Shown: positions 1 through 8,225 of the stretch, piece by piece
Position numbering within the stretch: position 1 is the first letter of the stretch
How the letters are laid out: every line of letters begins with the position of its first letter
NCBI GenBank assembly: GCA_035292445.1
Contig: DATDQB010000013.1
Coordinates: forward strand, 7,884-71,883
DNA length: 64,000 nt
Source: Candidatus Omnitrophota bacterium
GTDB taxonomy: Bacteria > Omnitrophota > Gorgyraeia > Zapsychrales > Zapsychraceae
Direction of reading: 5' to 3'
The notes under the pieces: model-generated
What the model saw: the letters and a program-made list of their open reading frames with translations, nothing else
What the model was told of the DNA's origin: nothing
The model's database searches: none
Made by a program: the position numbers and the translations under genes

Positions 1-588
1 TTGTTTGTTTTCCTTGTTTAACGTTAACAATAAATTTATGATCTCTTCCCCTGTTTGCGAATCAAGATTGCCTGTCGGCTCATCGCAAAGAAGGATCTTC
101 GGCTTGTTGATAAGCGCCCGGGCAATGGCCACCCTTTGCTGCTCGCCGCCGGAGAGCTCGTTGGGCTTATGATGGACCCTTTCTTTAAGGCCGACCTTCG
201 CCAACAAATCCGTCCCGCGCTCTTTAAAGCGCTTGATGTCCTGGGCGTCCTCTTTGACCAATAAAGGCAAGCAGACGTTCTCTAACGCGCTGAATTCCGG
301 CAACAGATGATAGAACTGAAAAATAAAACCGACCTTTTCGTTTCGGATGTGCGCGCGCCTTCGGTCATTGACCTGATAAAGATCATCGCCGTCCAGACGG
401 ATGCGGCCTTCATTGGGGGAATCAAGCCCCCCTAAAATATGTAAAAGCGTCGATTTACCGGCGCCCGAGGGGCCGGCGATCGCCAAAACCTCTCCTTCGC
501 CGATATTCAGATCGATGCCCTTAAGGACCTCAAGCCGCCGGGCACTTTGCTCATAAAACCTTTTGATGTTCGACGCTTCTAGGATCAC
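1..588 (-). CDS. lolD: Lipoprotein-releasing ABC transporter ATP-binding subunit (3' end runs off the window)
   Basis: Hand translation from GTG at 588: [56 protein letters not shown] (Walker A); directly downstream of lolC/E; not in the ORF track. Confidence 0.9.
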   Translation of the reverse strand, partial: MILEASNIKRFYEQSARRLEVLKGIDLNIGEGEVLAIAGPSGAGKSTLLHILGGLDSPNEGRIRLDGDDLYQVNDRRRAHIRNEKVGFIFQFYHLLPEFSALENVCLPLLVKEDAQDIKRFKERGTDLLAKVGLKERVHHKPNELSGGEQQRVAIARALINKPKILLCDEPTGNLDSQTGEEIINLLLTLNKENKQ

Positions 589-591
589 GCT

Positions 592-1785
592 TTACTCGTA
601 CCTTAAGGCTTCGACCGGCTGCAGGTTTGCCGCTTTGGAAGCCGGATAAATGGTTGCAAAATAAGTGATCAAAAGAGCGGCAACGACGATGATCAGCATA
701 TCCGACAACTGCAAATCCACCGGGACCCGATCGATCGAATAGATCTCTTGCGGCACTTTGATGTAGGTCCTTAAGATGTAGCATAACCCGACACCGCTCA
801 CCGTCCCCCAAAAAGTCCCCAATAATCCGATCAGCATGCCTTGCTTGGTAAAAATGCTTTTGATGGAGCGTTTCGTCACGCCGATCGACTGCAGGATGCC
901 GATATCATGGATCTTGCTCGTGACGGTGACGATCAAAGTACTGATGATGTTAAAAGAAGCCACCAGCACCATGAGCGTCAGGATGATGAACAATCCCCAT
1001 TTTTCAAGGAACAGCGCGTCAAAAAGGCTGCGGTTGATATCGATCCATGTCTTGACCAAAAATCCGTAGCCGATAACCGCATACAATTTATCCTTAACGA
1101 CCGTTGCTTGCTCGGGGTCTTCCAGCTTGACCCCAACACCGGAGGTCATATCGGCTTCAAATCCAAAGATCTGCTTGGCCTCATCCAGATGAACAAGGAT
1201 CAAATTCATGTCAAAATCGACCATGCCCGTCTCAAATATGCCGGAAACGCTCAGCTGGTACCGCCAGCTTTGGCCCGCCAATCCCGAACCGGGGGCAATG
1301 AGAGTGATCTGATCCCCGACGCTAAACCCGTGATACCGGGCTAATTCGCTTCCGATAATGACCGACCCAGGCCTTAGATCCTCAAGCTTGCCTTTTTTTA
1401 AATATTTCCTGATCTGCGTAACACGGTGTTCGCTTTCGGGCTCGATCCCGCGGATGATGAGCCCCTGCGCGCGGCCGGATTTCTCCAGGAAAATGTTGCC
1501 CTGAATATACGCCGAGGACGCTTGCACGCCGGGGACACGTTCGATCTGTTTCTGAACGGCTTTGTAATCCCGGATGCCGACTTCCTTCTCGACCATGATG
1601 TGCGGGGTCGTGCCGATGATCTTCTCGCGCAAATTATTGCCGAATCCGGTCATGACCGCGGTCACCACAATGAGCGCCATGACGCCGATAGCCACCCCGG
1701 CGATCGAGATAATGTTCAAGAATGTCAAAAAGCGGCCCTTACTTGCGATCAGGTAACGATAGCTAATCCAATTTTCAAATTTCAT
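592..1785 (-). CDS. lolE: Lipoprotein-releasing ABC transporter permease LolC/E family
   Basis: ISYRYL..FLTFLNIISIAGVAIGVMALIVV, MacB-type periplasmic domain, C-terminal YPASKAANLQPVEALRYE; start placed at ATG 1785 (MKFENWIS), not 1842. Confidence 0.9.
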   Translation of the reverse strand: MKFENWISYRYLIASKGRFLTFLNIISIAGVAIGVMALIVVTAVMTGFGNNLREKIIGTTPHIMVEKEVGIRDYKAVQKQIERVPGVQASSAYIQGNIFLEKSGRAQGLIIRGIEPESEHRVTQIRKYLKKGKLEDLRPGSVIIGSELARYHGFSVGDQITLIAPGSGLAGQSWRYQLSVSGIFETGMVDFDMNLILVHLDEAKQIFGFEADMTSGVGVKLEDPEQATVVKDKLYAVIGYGFLVKTWIDINRSLFDALFLEKWGLFIILTLMVLVASFNIISTLIVTVTSKIHDIGILQSIGVTKRSIKSIFTKQGMLIGLLGTFWGTVSGVGLCYILRTYIKVPQEIYSIDRVPVDLQLSDMLIIVVAALLITYFATIYPASKAANLQPVEALRYE

Positions 1786-1882
1786 CTCGAGTTCCCGATA
1801 ACTCCGACGCTCACTTCGTTCGGTCGGAGCCCCGACCGACATGCAATGGCGCGTCGGGGCTTATCCAATTTTCAAATTTCAT
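1762..1882. repeat. 24-bp direct duplication of the lolC/E start (1762-1785 and 1859-1882) enclosing a double stem-loop element
   Basis: GCTAATCCAATTTTCAAATTTCAT vs GCTTATCCAATTTTCAAATTTCAT (23/24); internal hairpins CTCCGAC..GTCGGAG and GCCCCGAC..GTCGGGGC. Confidence 0.9.
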
Positions 1883-1887
1883 TTTGG

Positions 1888-3330
1888 CTACCGCGGCTTC
1901 AATAATGGAAACAAGATCACATCACGAATGGACGCCGAATCCGTTAAAAGCATGACCAAACGATCGATCCCGATGCCTAATCCTCCCGCCGGCGGCATCC
2001 CGTATTCAAGCGCATGCAAAAAATCCTCATCAACGCCGCGGTTGCCTGTTTCAGTGTCATCTTTCAAGTCGGTCAACAACCTCGCGCGCTGTTCGAGCGG
2101 GTCGTTAAGTTCGGAATAAGCGTTGCCGATCTCCAGTCCCCCGATGAAAACTTCAAAGCGTTGGGAAATGGCCGGGTTATCAGGGAGCGTCTTGGCCAAT
2201 GGGCTTAGGAACGTGAAATATTCCGTGAAAAAAAGCGGATCAATGATCTTTTCTTCCTCCAGCATTTCTTCCACGATCTTCATAACACCTGAGCGGGTTA
2301 ATTTACCCAGCTTTATGCCGCCTTTCTTCTTTTTCTGGACCTTCGCCATCATGGTCTTGGCGTCATCTTCAGGGTCGATATCAAACATATCTTTGATCGT
2401 CTTGGCGAACGAACGGCGTTCCCACGGTGGGGTGAAATCGATCTGCTTCCCCTGATAAATGAGATGATAAGAACCGTGGACCTCCTTAACGAGGCTGCTG
2501 ACCATATCTTCAGTCAAGCGCATCATGTCCTCGAAATCGGCATACGCTTCATAAACCTCCAGCATCGTGAATTCCGGGTTATGGCGCGTGGAGACGCCTT
2601 CGTTCCTGAAATTACGGTTCATTTCGTAAACCTTCTCATAACCGCCGACCAGCAATCTCTTTAAATATAATTCAGGGGCGATACGCAGGAAAACCTCCAT
2701 GTCATACGCTTGATGGACGCTTTTAAAGGGCCGCCCGCGCGCGCCTCCCGCCATCGGCTGGAGTATCGGCGTTTCAACCTCCAGGAACCCTTTTTGATCT
2801 AAGAATGAACGAATAAAAGAGTTGATCTTGGAACGTTTGATAAACAACTCCCGCACGGGTTTATTGGCAATAAGATCGATATACCGCTGGCGGTAACGCG
2901 TTTCGACATCTTTAAGCCCGTGCCATTTTTCGGGCAAGCTCATCAACGACTTTGAAAGCATGGTCAGCTCGCTCACGCGAACGCTTTTCTCCCCCATTTT
3001 GGTGACAAAAAGCGCGCCCTTGACCCCAATGATATCGCCGATGTCCAGCACTTTGATCAGCTCAAGGCCATTGACGAGCAGCTCTTCGACCTTTATAAAA
3101 AGTTGGATCCTGTCCGTTTGATCCTCAAGGTCGGCAAAAAGGACTTTCCCATGGCTTCGGGTAGCCATCAACCGCCCGGCAAGAACGACTTGCTTTTCTT
3201 CTTGGAAATTTTCCAGAATGGCGTGGATGCTTTCAGTGCGCTCGAACTTAAACCCGTAGGGAGGGATATTATGGTCTTTCAGCAGCTTAAGCTTACTTAA
3301 CCTAACCTTTTTAATTTCATCAAGTTCCAT
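1888..3330 (-). CDS. lysS: Lysine--tRNA ligase (class II)
   Basis: RYRQRY, LRIAPELYLKRL, FRNEG, HNPEFT, YGMPPAGGLGIGIDRL motifs. Confidence 0.98.
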   Translation of the reverse strand: MELDEIKKVRLSKLKLLKDHNIPPYGFKFERTESIHAILENFQEEKQVVLAGRLMATRSHGKVLFADLEDQTDRIQLFIKVEELLVNGLELIKVLDIGDIIGVKGALFVTKMGEKSVRVSELTMLSKSLMSLPEKWHGLKDVETRYRQRYIDLIANKPVRELFIKRSKINSFIRSFLDQKGFLEVETPILQPMAGGARGRPFKSVHQAYDMEVFLRIAPELYLKRLLVGGYEKVYEMNRNFRNEGVSTRHNPEFTMLEVYEAYADFEDMMRLTEDMVSSLVKEVHGSYHLIYQGKQIDFTPPWERRSFAKTIKDMFDIDPEDDAKTMMAKVQKKKKGGIKLGKLTRSGVMKIVEEMLEEEKIIDPLFFTEYFTFLSPLAKTLPDNPAISQRFEVFIGGLEIGNAYSELNDPLEQRARLLTDLKDDTETGNRGVDEDFLHALEYGMPPAGGLGIGIDRLVMLLTDSASIRDVILFPLLKPR

Positions 3331-3376
3331 TAAATATATTAAAAATTATATAATATTAGTATTAATTAACTGATTA

Positions 3377-3405
3377 ATTATATAGAAAAATATTAATTGT
3401 GTCAA
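3377..3405 (-). promoter_or_regulatory. Sigma70-type promoter upstream of lysS
   Basis: Perfect TTGACA-N17-TATAAT on the minus strand in an AT-rich intergenic region. Confidence 0.8.
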
Positions 3406-3459
3406 TTAAAAGAGGCAAGCTTTTGGGGCGGGGAAATAGGCTGCTCTCAAAGAAAGTTT

Positions 3460-4269
3460 TTAAGCCGCTACGATACAAATACCGGCCTTATCGGCAAGCT
3501 TGATCGTATTGGAACGGTCAATGATCAGGGTTTTGCCTGTTTCGATAGCCAAGCATTTGGCCTTGGCTTTGATCATGTGCGCAATGGTCTTTGGGCCGAT
3601 AACCGGGACATCAAAACGAAGGTCTTGGTTAGGCTTGCTCATTTTGGCCACCACCGCTCCTTCGCGGGCGATCTTTCCTCCCCGCAGAATGGTCCGGTCC
3701 GTCCCTTCCATGGCTTCGATGGCGACAACCGCTTTATCTTTGACCACCACGGTCTGGCCAACGTCAATGCCCCCCATAGTCTTGGCGATCGTCCGGCCGA
3801 ACTCGATATCCTCGAGTTCTTTAAGCGTCGGGGCGCGTTTGGTCAGCGTCCCTTTGGGCGCCAGATAATCCTGGACAAGGAAGGTCGAGTCGATAAGCTC
3901 CAGCCCTTCTTTCCTCAATCTATCGGCCACGGCGGAAAAGATCGTGTCCGCCTTGCGGTCTTTCAAGGCCTCGAAAACGCGCTTGAATTCCTCATCCAGC
4001 TGCAGGGTGGGATCGAATAAATTGTCGGGGTTCACCTGGCCGGCCATGATGACCTTCTTGACACCGGCCTGCTTTAAATACGAAAAAAGCTTCTTTAGCT
4101 CGCCCACTTTGAAAATCCTGAACTTATCGACGAAAAACCGTAACAGGAAGGATGTGTCCCCCCGGACGCCGGCGGCGACGACGTTAATATCTTTGGCCCT
4201 GGCCTCCCGGGCAAAAGCGATCGGGAATTTGCCGTTACCTGCGATCAGTCCTAAAAGTTCTCGTGGCAT
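3460..4269 (-). CDS. lpxI: UDP-2,3-diacylglucosamine diphosphatase LpxI
   Basis: LGLIAGNGKFP, DVGQTVVV, AIEAMEGTD, QDLRFDVPVIG; follows lpxA. Confidence 0.93.
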   Translation of the reverse strand: MPRELLGLIAGNGKFPIAFAREARAKDINVVAAGVRGDTSFLLRFFVDKFRIFKVGELKKLFSYLKQAGVKKVIMAGQVNPDNLFDPTLQLDEEFKRVFEALKDRKADTIFSAVADRLRKEGLELIDSTFLVQDYLAPKGTLTKRAPTLKELEDIEFGRTIAKTMGGIDVGQTVVVKDKAVVAIEAMEGTDRTILRGGKIAREGAVVAKMSKPNQDLRFDVPVIGPKTIAHMIKAKAKCLAIETGKTLIIDRSNTIKLADKAGICIVAA

Positions 4270-4309
4270 GGGTATAAAAAGATTTTGTCTTTTGGGTGAG
4301 CAAAACCGG

Positions 4310-5095
4310 TTAGCTGCACAAGCCGCGCTTGGTCGTTTTGGCAAAGAAAATCAGATGCTCGATCTCGGAGCATGTTTCGATTTCCTTCTCGATGAGCTCA
4401 AGGGCATGCGTTCTGGAATGGCCGGACCAAAAAAGTATCTTAAACGCCCGTTTGACGCGCAGGGTTATTTCCGTTGAGATCTGAGAACGCCTTAAACCAA
4501 CAGAATTAATATTGACGACCTGCGCCGGATGCCCGTCGCACATGGAAAACGGCGGCACGTCCTGGACGACTTTTGAACAGCCCCCCACGATACACAGCCG
4601 CCCCAAACGAACATACTGATGGATCGCGCTTAAGCCGCCGATCATGGCGTTGTCTTCCAAAATCACATGGCCGCCTAACGTGGCGGCATTCGCCATGACA
4701 CATTTATTGCCAATAACGCAATCATGGGCAATATGAGAATAGGCCATGATCAAGTTGTCATTGCCCAAGACCGTCTTACCGCCACCTTCCGCCGTCCCGG
4801 GGTTGATCGTGACATATTCACGGATCACATTATTCTCCCCGATGTTAAGAAAAACGTTGTCGTCGGCATTAAACTTTTTATCCTGGGGAGCGCTGCCGAT
4901 CACCGCGCCGGTATAAACCTTGCTGTTTCGCCCGATGGTGGTCTGACCCGTAATAACGCAATGGCTTCCAATCCTGACATTATCTCCCAAGGTCACGCCT
5001 TCCTCAATGACCGAATACGGCCCGACCGAAACGCCGGGAGACAACTGAACGCCGGAGTGGATAACCGCTGTTTTGTGAATTTTGACGTTTTCCAT
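4310..5095 (-). CDS. lpxA: Acyl-ACP--UDP-N-acetylglucosamine O-acyltransferase
   Basis: Hexapeptide repeats, PQDKK, IREYVTI, HIAHDC, AIHQY, QDVPP. Confidence 0.97.
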   Translation of the reverse strand: MENVKIHKTAVIHSGVQLSPGVSVGPYSVIEEGVTLGDNVRIGSHCVITGQTTIGRNSKVYTGAVIGSAPQDKKFNADDNVFLNIGENNVIREYVTINPGTAEGGGKTVLGNDNLIMAYSHIAHDCVIGNKCVMANAATLGGHVILEDNAMIGGLSAIHQYVRLGRLCIVGGCSKVVQDVPPFSMCDGHPAQVVNINSVGLRRSQISTEITLRVKRAFKILFWSGHSRTHALELIEKEIETCSEIEHLIFFAKTTKRGLCS

Positions 5096-5193
5096 GATTA
5101 CTTCTTCTATATTTAGCTATTTCAATAAGTTATAAATTTATTTATTTTATCCTAACCCTTAAACGGTATAAAATCAATACAAACATTGAGAAT

Positions 5194-6522
5194 TTAATCC
5201 AAATACGACGAATCCGTAAAGGAAAAAACCATGTCTGCTTCAGCCACGACCTCATCCCCCACTTTGGAAACCGCATGAATTTGGGCTATTTTCGCCTTGT
5301 CTTTAACGACTTCAACTTCCATCATCAGCTGATCGCCCGGCACAACCACTTTGCGGAACTTGACGTTATCCACCGCCATAAAAAAGGCGACTTTCCCATA
5401 ATGAACCTCATTCGTCAAAACCACCACCCCTGCCGTCTGGGCCATCGCTTCAATCATCATCACCCCCGGCATAACGGGCCTGGTGGGAAAATGCCCCTGA
5501 AAAAAACTGTCATTGATGGTGACATTTTTAACTCCGATGGCGCGCTTGCCCCGCTCGATCTCAATCACCCTGTCCACTAACAAAAACGGATAACGGTGCG
5601 GCAGAATTTTCATGATATCGTCAATATCATATTCTTTTTTTCCCTTCACGTTATACCCGGGCACAATCCCTTTGTGTTCATACCACTTTTTTTGCTCAAC
5701 AACCCTCTTTAATAACTGAATGTTAAGGTAATGGCCGCTGCGCACCGCAAAGACAGAGCCCACGATCGGTATCCCCAGCAGATACAAATCACCTATAAAA
5801 TCCAACACTTTATGCCGGGCAAATTCATTATCGAACCGCAGTTTGTTGTCGATGACCCCTTTATCTCCGACGACAAGAGTATTCTTGAACGTCGCGCCCC
5901 TGCCCAGATTTTGTTTCTTCAATTCTTGGGCTTCTTTCTCAAGACAAAACGTCCGGCAAGGAGCAATCTCTTTCTCAAAAATGGCCTCATTAATGACGGA
6001 AGAAAAAACCTGTGACCTTAGAAAGGGGTGATTGTAATCCAACGTGTAAGTAACTTCAAAATGCTCAGAAGGAAAAATATAAAGAGAAGCTCCATTTTGG
6101 CGTACGCCAACGGGTTCTTTAACCGTAAAGATTTCCCTTTCCTCTTCTTGAGCAAGAAGACCGGCTTCTTTAAAGGCTTTCAGAAAATCCGCCCCGCTTC
6201 CATCCAAACCCGGAACTTCCCGTTTGTCAATTTCAATAATAATATTATCAATTCCCAAACCAGCCAAGACGCTCATCAAATGTTCGACGGTATGAATGGA
6301 GGCTTTCGCATCTCCAATGGAAGTGCAACGAGGAGGCCCGCCTTGATAAACAATGCTATCCGCCTCGGCTTTAATCACCGGATGCCCGGGGAGATCAACG
6401 CGGATAAATTTTATCCCCTCATGAATACCGCCGGGCTTGAAGGTGAGCGTTGCTTTCTCGCCCGTATGTAAACCGACGCCGGATAGGGAAAACTCTTTTT
6501 TAATGGTTCTTTTTTTTGCCAT
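5194..6522 (-). CDS. lpxC-fabZ: Bifunctional LpxC deacetylase / FabZ 3-hydroxyacyl-ACP dehydratase
   Basis: TVEHL, DGS, HKVLDFIGDL (LpxC) fused to LPHRYPFLLVD, FFQGHFP..PVMPGV (FabZ). Confidence 0.97.
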   Translation of the reverse strand: MAKKRTIKKEFSLSGVGLHTGEKATLTFKPGGIHEGIKFIRVDLPGHPVIKAEADSIVYQGGPPRCTSIGDAKASIHTVEHLMSVLAGLGIDNIIIEIDKREVPGLDGSGADFLKAFKEAGLLAQEEEREIFTVKEPVGVRQNGASLYIFPSEHFEVTYTLDYNHPFLRSQVFSSVINEAIFEKEIAPCRTFCLEKEAQELKKQNLGRGATFKNTLVVGDKGVIDNKLRFDNEFARHKVLDFIGDLYLLGIPIVGSVFAVRSGHYLNIQLLKRVVEQKKWYEHKGIVPGYNVKGKKEYDIDDIMKILPHRYPFLLVDRVIEIERGKRAIGVKNVTINDSFFQGHFPTRPVMPGVMMIEAMAQTAGVVVLTNEVHYGKVAFFMAVDNVKFRKVVVPGDQLMMEVEVVKDKAKIAQIHAVSKVGDEVVAEADMVFSFTDSSYLD

Positions 6523-7561
6523 GTTTTAATTTCTTTTCTAATTCTTCGACCTTTCTCGTCAACTCCTGGATCTTCTTCACATAAACCGGCAGCCGTTTTA
6601 ACCCGGCTTGCACCCTCAGCTCTTCCTCGATCGGGCGGGCCGGGAATCCGGAAACTTTTGTATGCGCCGGGATGGACTTCATCACTCCGGATTTGGCGCC
6701 GACAATAACCCCTTCTCCGATGGTTAAATGCCCGGAAACGCCGGACTGACCGGCAAGGATCACGCCTTTTTTGATCTCAACACTTCCGGCAATGCCGACC
6801 AACGCCACAATGATACAATTCTCCCCGATGATCACATTATGGCCGATCTGTACCAGATTGTCGATCTTGGTCCCTTTGCCGATAAACGTCTTATCAAATC
6901 GGGCCCGGTCGATCGTGACATTGGCCCCGATCTCCACATCATCTTCGATGATAACGGTCCCGATCTGGGGGATCTTCGTATGAACACCATCTACGGCTTC
7001 AAAACCGAACCCATCTGAACCGATAACCGTCCCGCTATGAATAATCACGCGGTTGCCGATTATGATCCGCTCGCGAATCGTTACGTTGGGATAAATGTGG
7101 CAACCGTTTCCGATCTTTGTTTCATGCCCGATAAAGCAACCGGCTTGGATAACAGTGTTATCGCCAATTGATACTTTTGCCTCGATCACCACATGAGCGC
7201 CGACAGCGACGTTCTTACCCAAGCGAACACTTTCGGCAATAATAGCGGTCGGATGGATCCCTTTCGTCAGAAACTGCTGCGGCTTAAGCACGCTCTCAAT
7301 GATTTTAGCAAAAGCTAATGATGGGTTCTCAACAAGGACCAACGACTTGCCCGGCAATTGTAAGTTAGTGGAAGCGAGAATGGCCGAGGCCTTGGTCTCT
7401 CTGGCCAACGGTGTGTATTTGGGATTGGCTAGAAAGGTCAGGTCGCCTTCTTTGGCTTCCTTAATGCCGCTTAAGCCCTTGATCGTAAGATTCCTGTTCC
7501 CGACGACCTTTCCCTTCACCAATTCAGCGACTTCGGCTAAGGTTTTATCTAGACGGATCAC
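6500..7561 (-). CDS. lpxD: UDP-3-O-(3-hydroxyacyl)glucosamine N-acyltransferase
   Basis: IGSDGFGF, KIPQIG, TIDRA, TKIDNLVQIGHN; hexapeptide repeats. Confidence 0.97.
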   Translation of the reverse strand: MIRLDKTLAEVAELVKGKVVGNRNLTIKGLSGIKEAKEGDLTFLANPKYTPLARETKASAILASTNLQLPGKSLVLVENPSLAFAKIIESVLKPQQFLTKGIHPTAIIAESVRLGKNVAVGAHVVIEAKVSIGDNTVIQAGCFIGHETKIGNGCHIYPNVTIRERIIIGNRVIIHSGTVIGSDGFGFEAVDGVHTKIPQIGTVIIEDDVEIGANVTIDRARFDKTFIGKGTKIDNLVQIGHNVIIGENCIIVALVGIAGSVEIKKGVILAGQSGVSGHLTIGEGVIVGAKSGVMKSIPAHTKVSGFPARPIEEELRVQAGLKRLPVYVKKIQELTRKVEELEKKLKHGKKKNH

Positions 7562-7569
7562 GGGTACTC

Positions 7570-8082
7570 TTACTTTTTGGGTTGATTGGCATTAAGTGTG
7601 GTTAAGATCTCATCCGTCAAATCCTTGACCGGATTACCGTAAATCAACACGCGGTCGTTGAGAATAAGGTCATACCCTTCTTTCTCGGCGTAAGCGCTGA
7701 CTTGCTGCTCAATTTCCAAAAGGATTTCACGGATCTTCTCATTGCGTTCTTTGGTGAGCGTCGTTTTTTGCTGACGGTCATACTCCAGAAGGTCAGCCTT
7801 CATTTTCTCGATTTCCGCCTCTAATTCAGCCTTTTTATCGGCATTAAGAAGAGCCAGTTTCCCTTGGGATTCCTGAATCTTTTCAATCTTAGTGTTACGC
7901 TCTTTTTCAAACTCCTGATGACGACCTTCCAAAACCTTGTCGTAATCGGCCGTTTTATGATGCTCATCAAAAAGACGGCTCAGGTCTATAAAGGCGATCT
8001 TCTCCTGCTTTTGGGCATAAGATGTTGAAACAATTAAGGTAAGAGCAAATCCCACGATAATAAGAATTTTAAAAAAACGCAT
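7570..8082 (-). CDS. skp: OmpH/Skp periplasmic chaperone
   Basis: Signal peptide, KIAFID, coiled coil, GYDLILN..DLTDEIL; between bamA and lpxD. Confidence 0.9.
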   Translation of the reverse strand: MRFFKILIIVGFALTLIVSTSYAQKQEKIAFIDLSRLFDEHHKTADYDKVLEGRHQEFEKERNTKIEKIQESQGKLALLNADKKAELEAEIEKMKADLLEYDRQQKTTLTKERNEKIREILLEIEQQVSAYAEKEGYDLILNDRVLIYGNPVKDLTDEILTTLNANQPKK

Positions 8083-8137
8083 ATTAGCCTCCTTGTAGGT
8101 TAAAAAGTACTAGTTTTTAGTATAAATATATTTCTAC

Positions 8138-8166
8138 ATATTATAACCAAGTGGGATTTAAGTCAA
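8138..8166 (-). promoter_or_regulatory. Putative sigma70 promoter upstream of skp
   Basis: TTGACT-N17-TAATAT on the minus strand. Confidence 0.55.
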
Positions 8167-8225
8167 ATAATAACTTTATTGGGGATCCTTGGGAGAAACT
8201 GCCTATTTATGAGGGGAATTCTCGA

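Noticed and set aside
1786-1842. N-terminal extension MSVGAPTERSERRSYRELE of the LolC/E ORF in the track
   Set aside because: It is a read-through of the inserted hairpin element; the family-like sequence begins at ATG 1785.
3331-3410. Very AT-rich tract as a possible replication origin or unwinding element
   Set aside because: No DnaA-box cluster is visible; it is explained by the perfect sigma70 promoter and leader of lysS.
5194-6522. LpxC-FabZ fusion as a novelty
   Set aside because: This fusion is already known in Bacteroidota, Chlorobi and PVC lineages.
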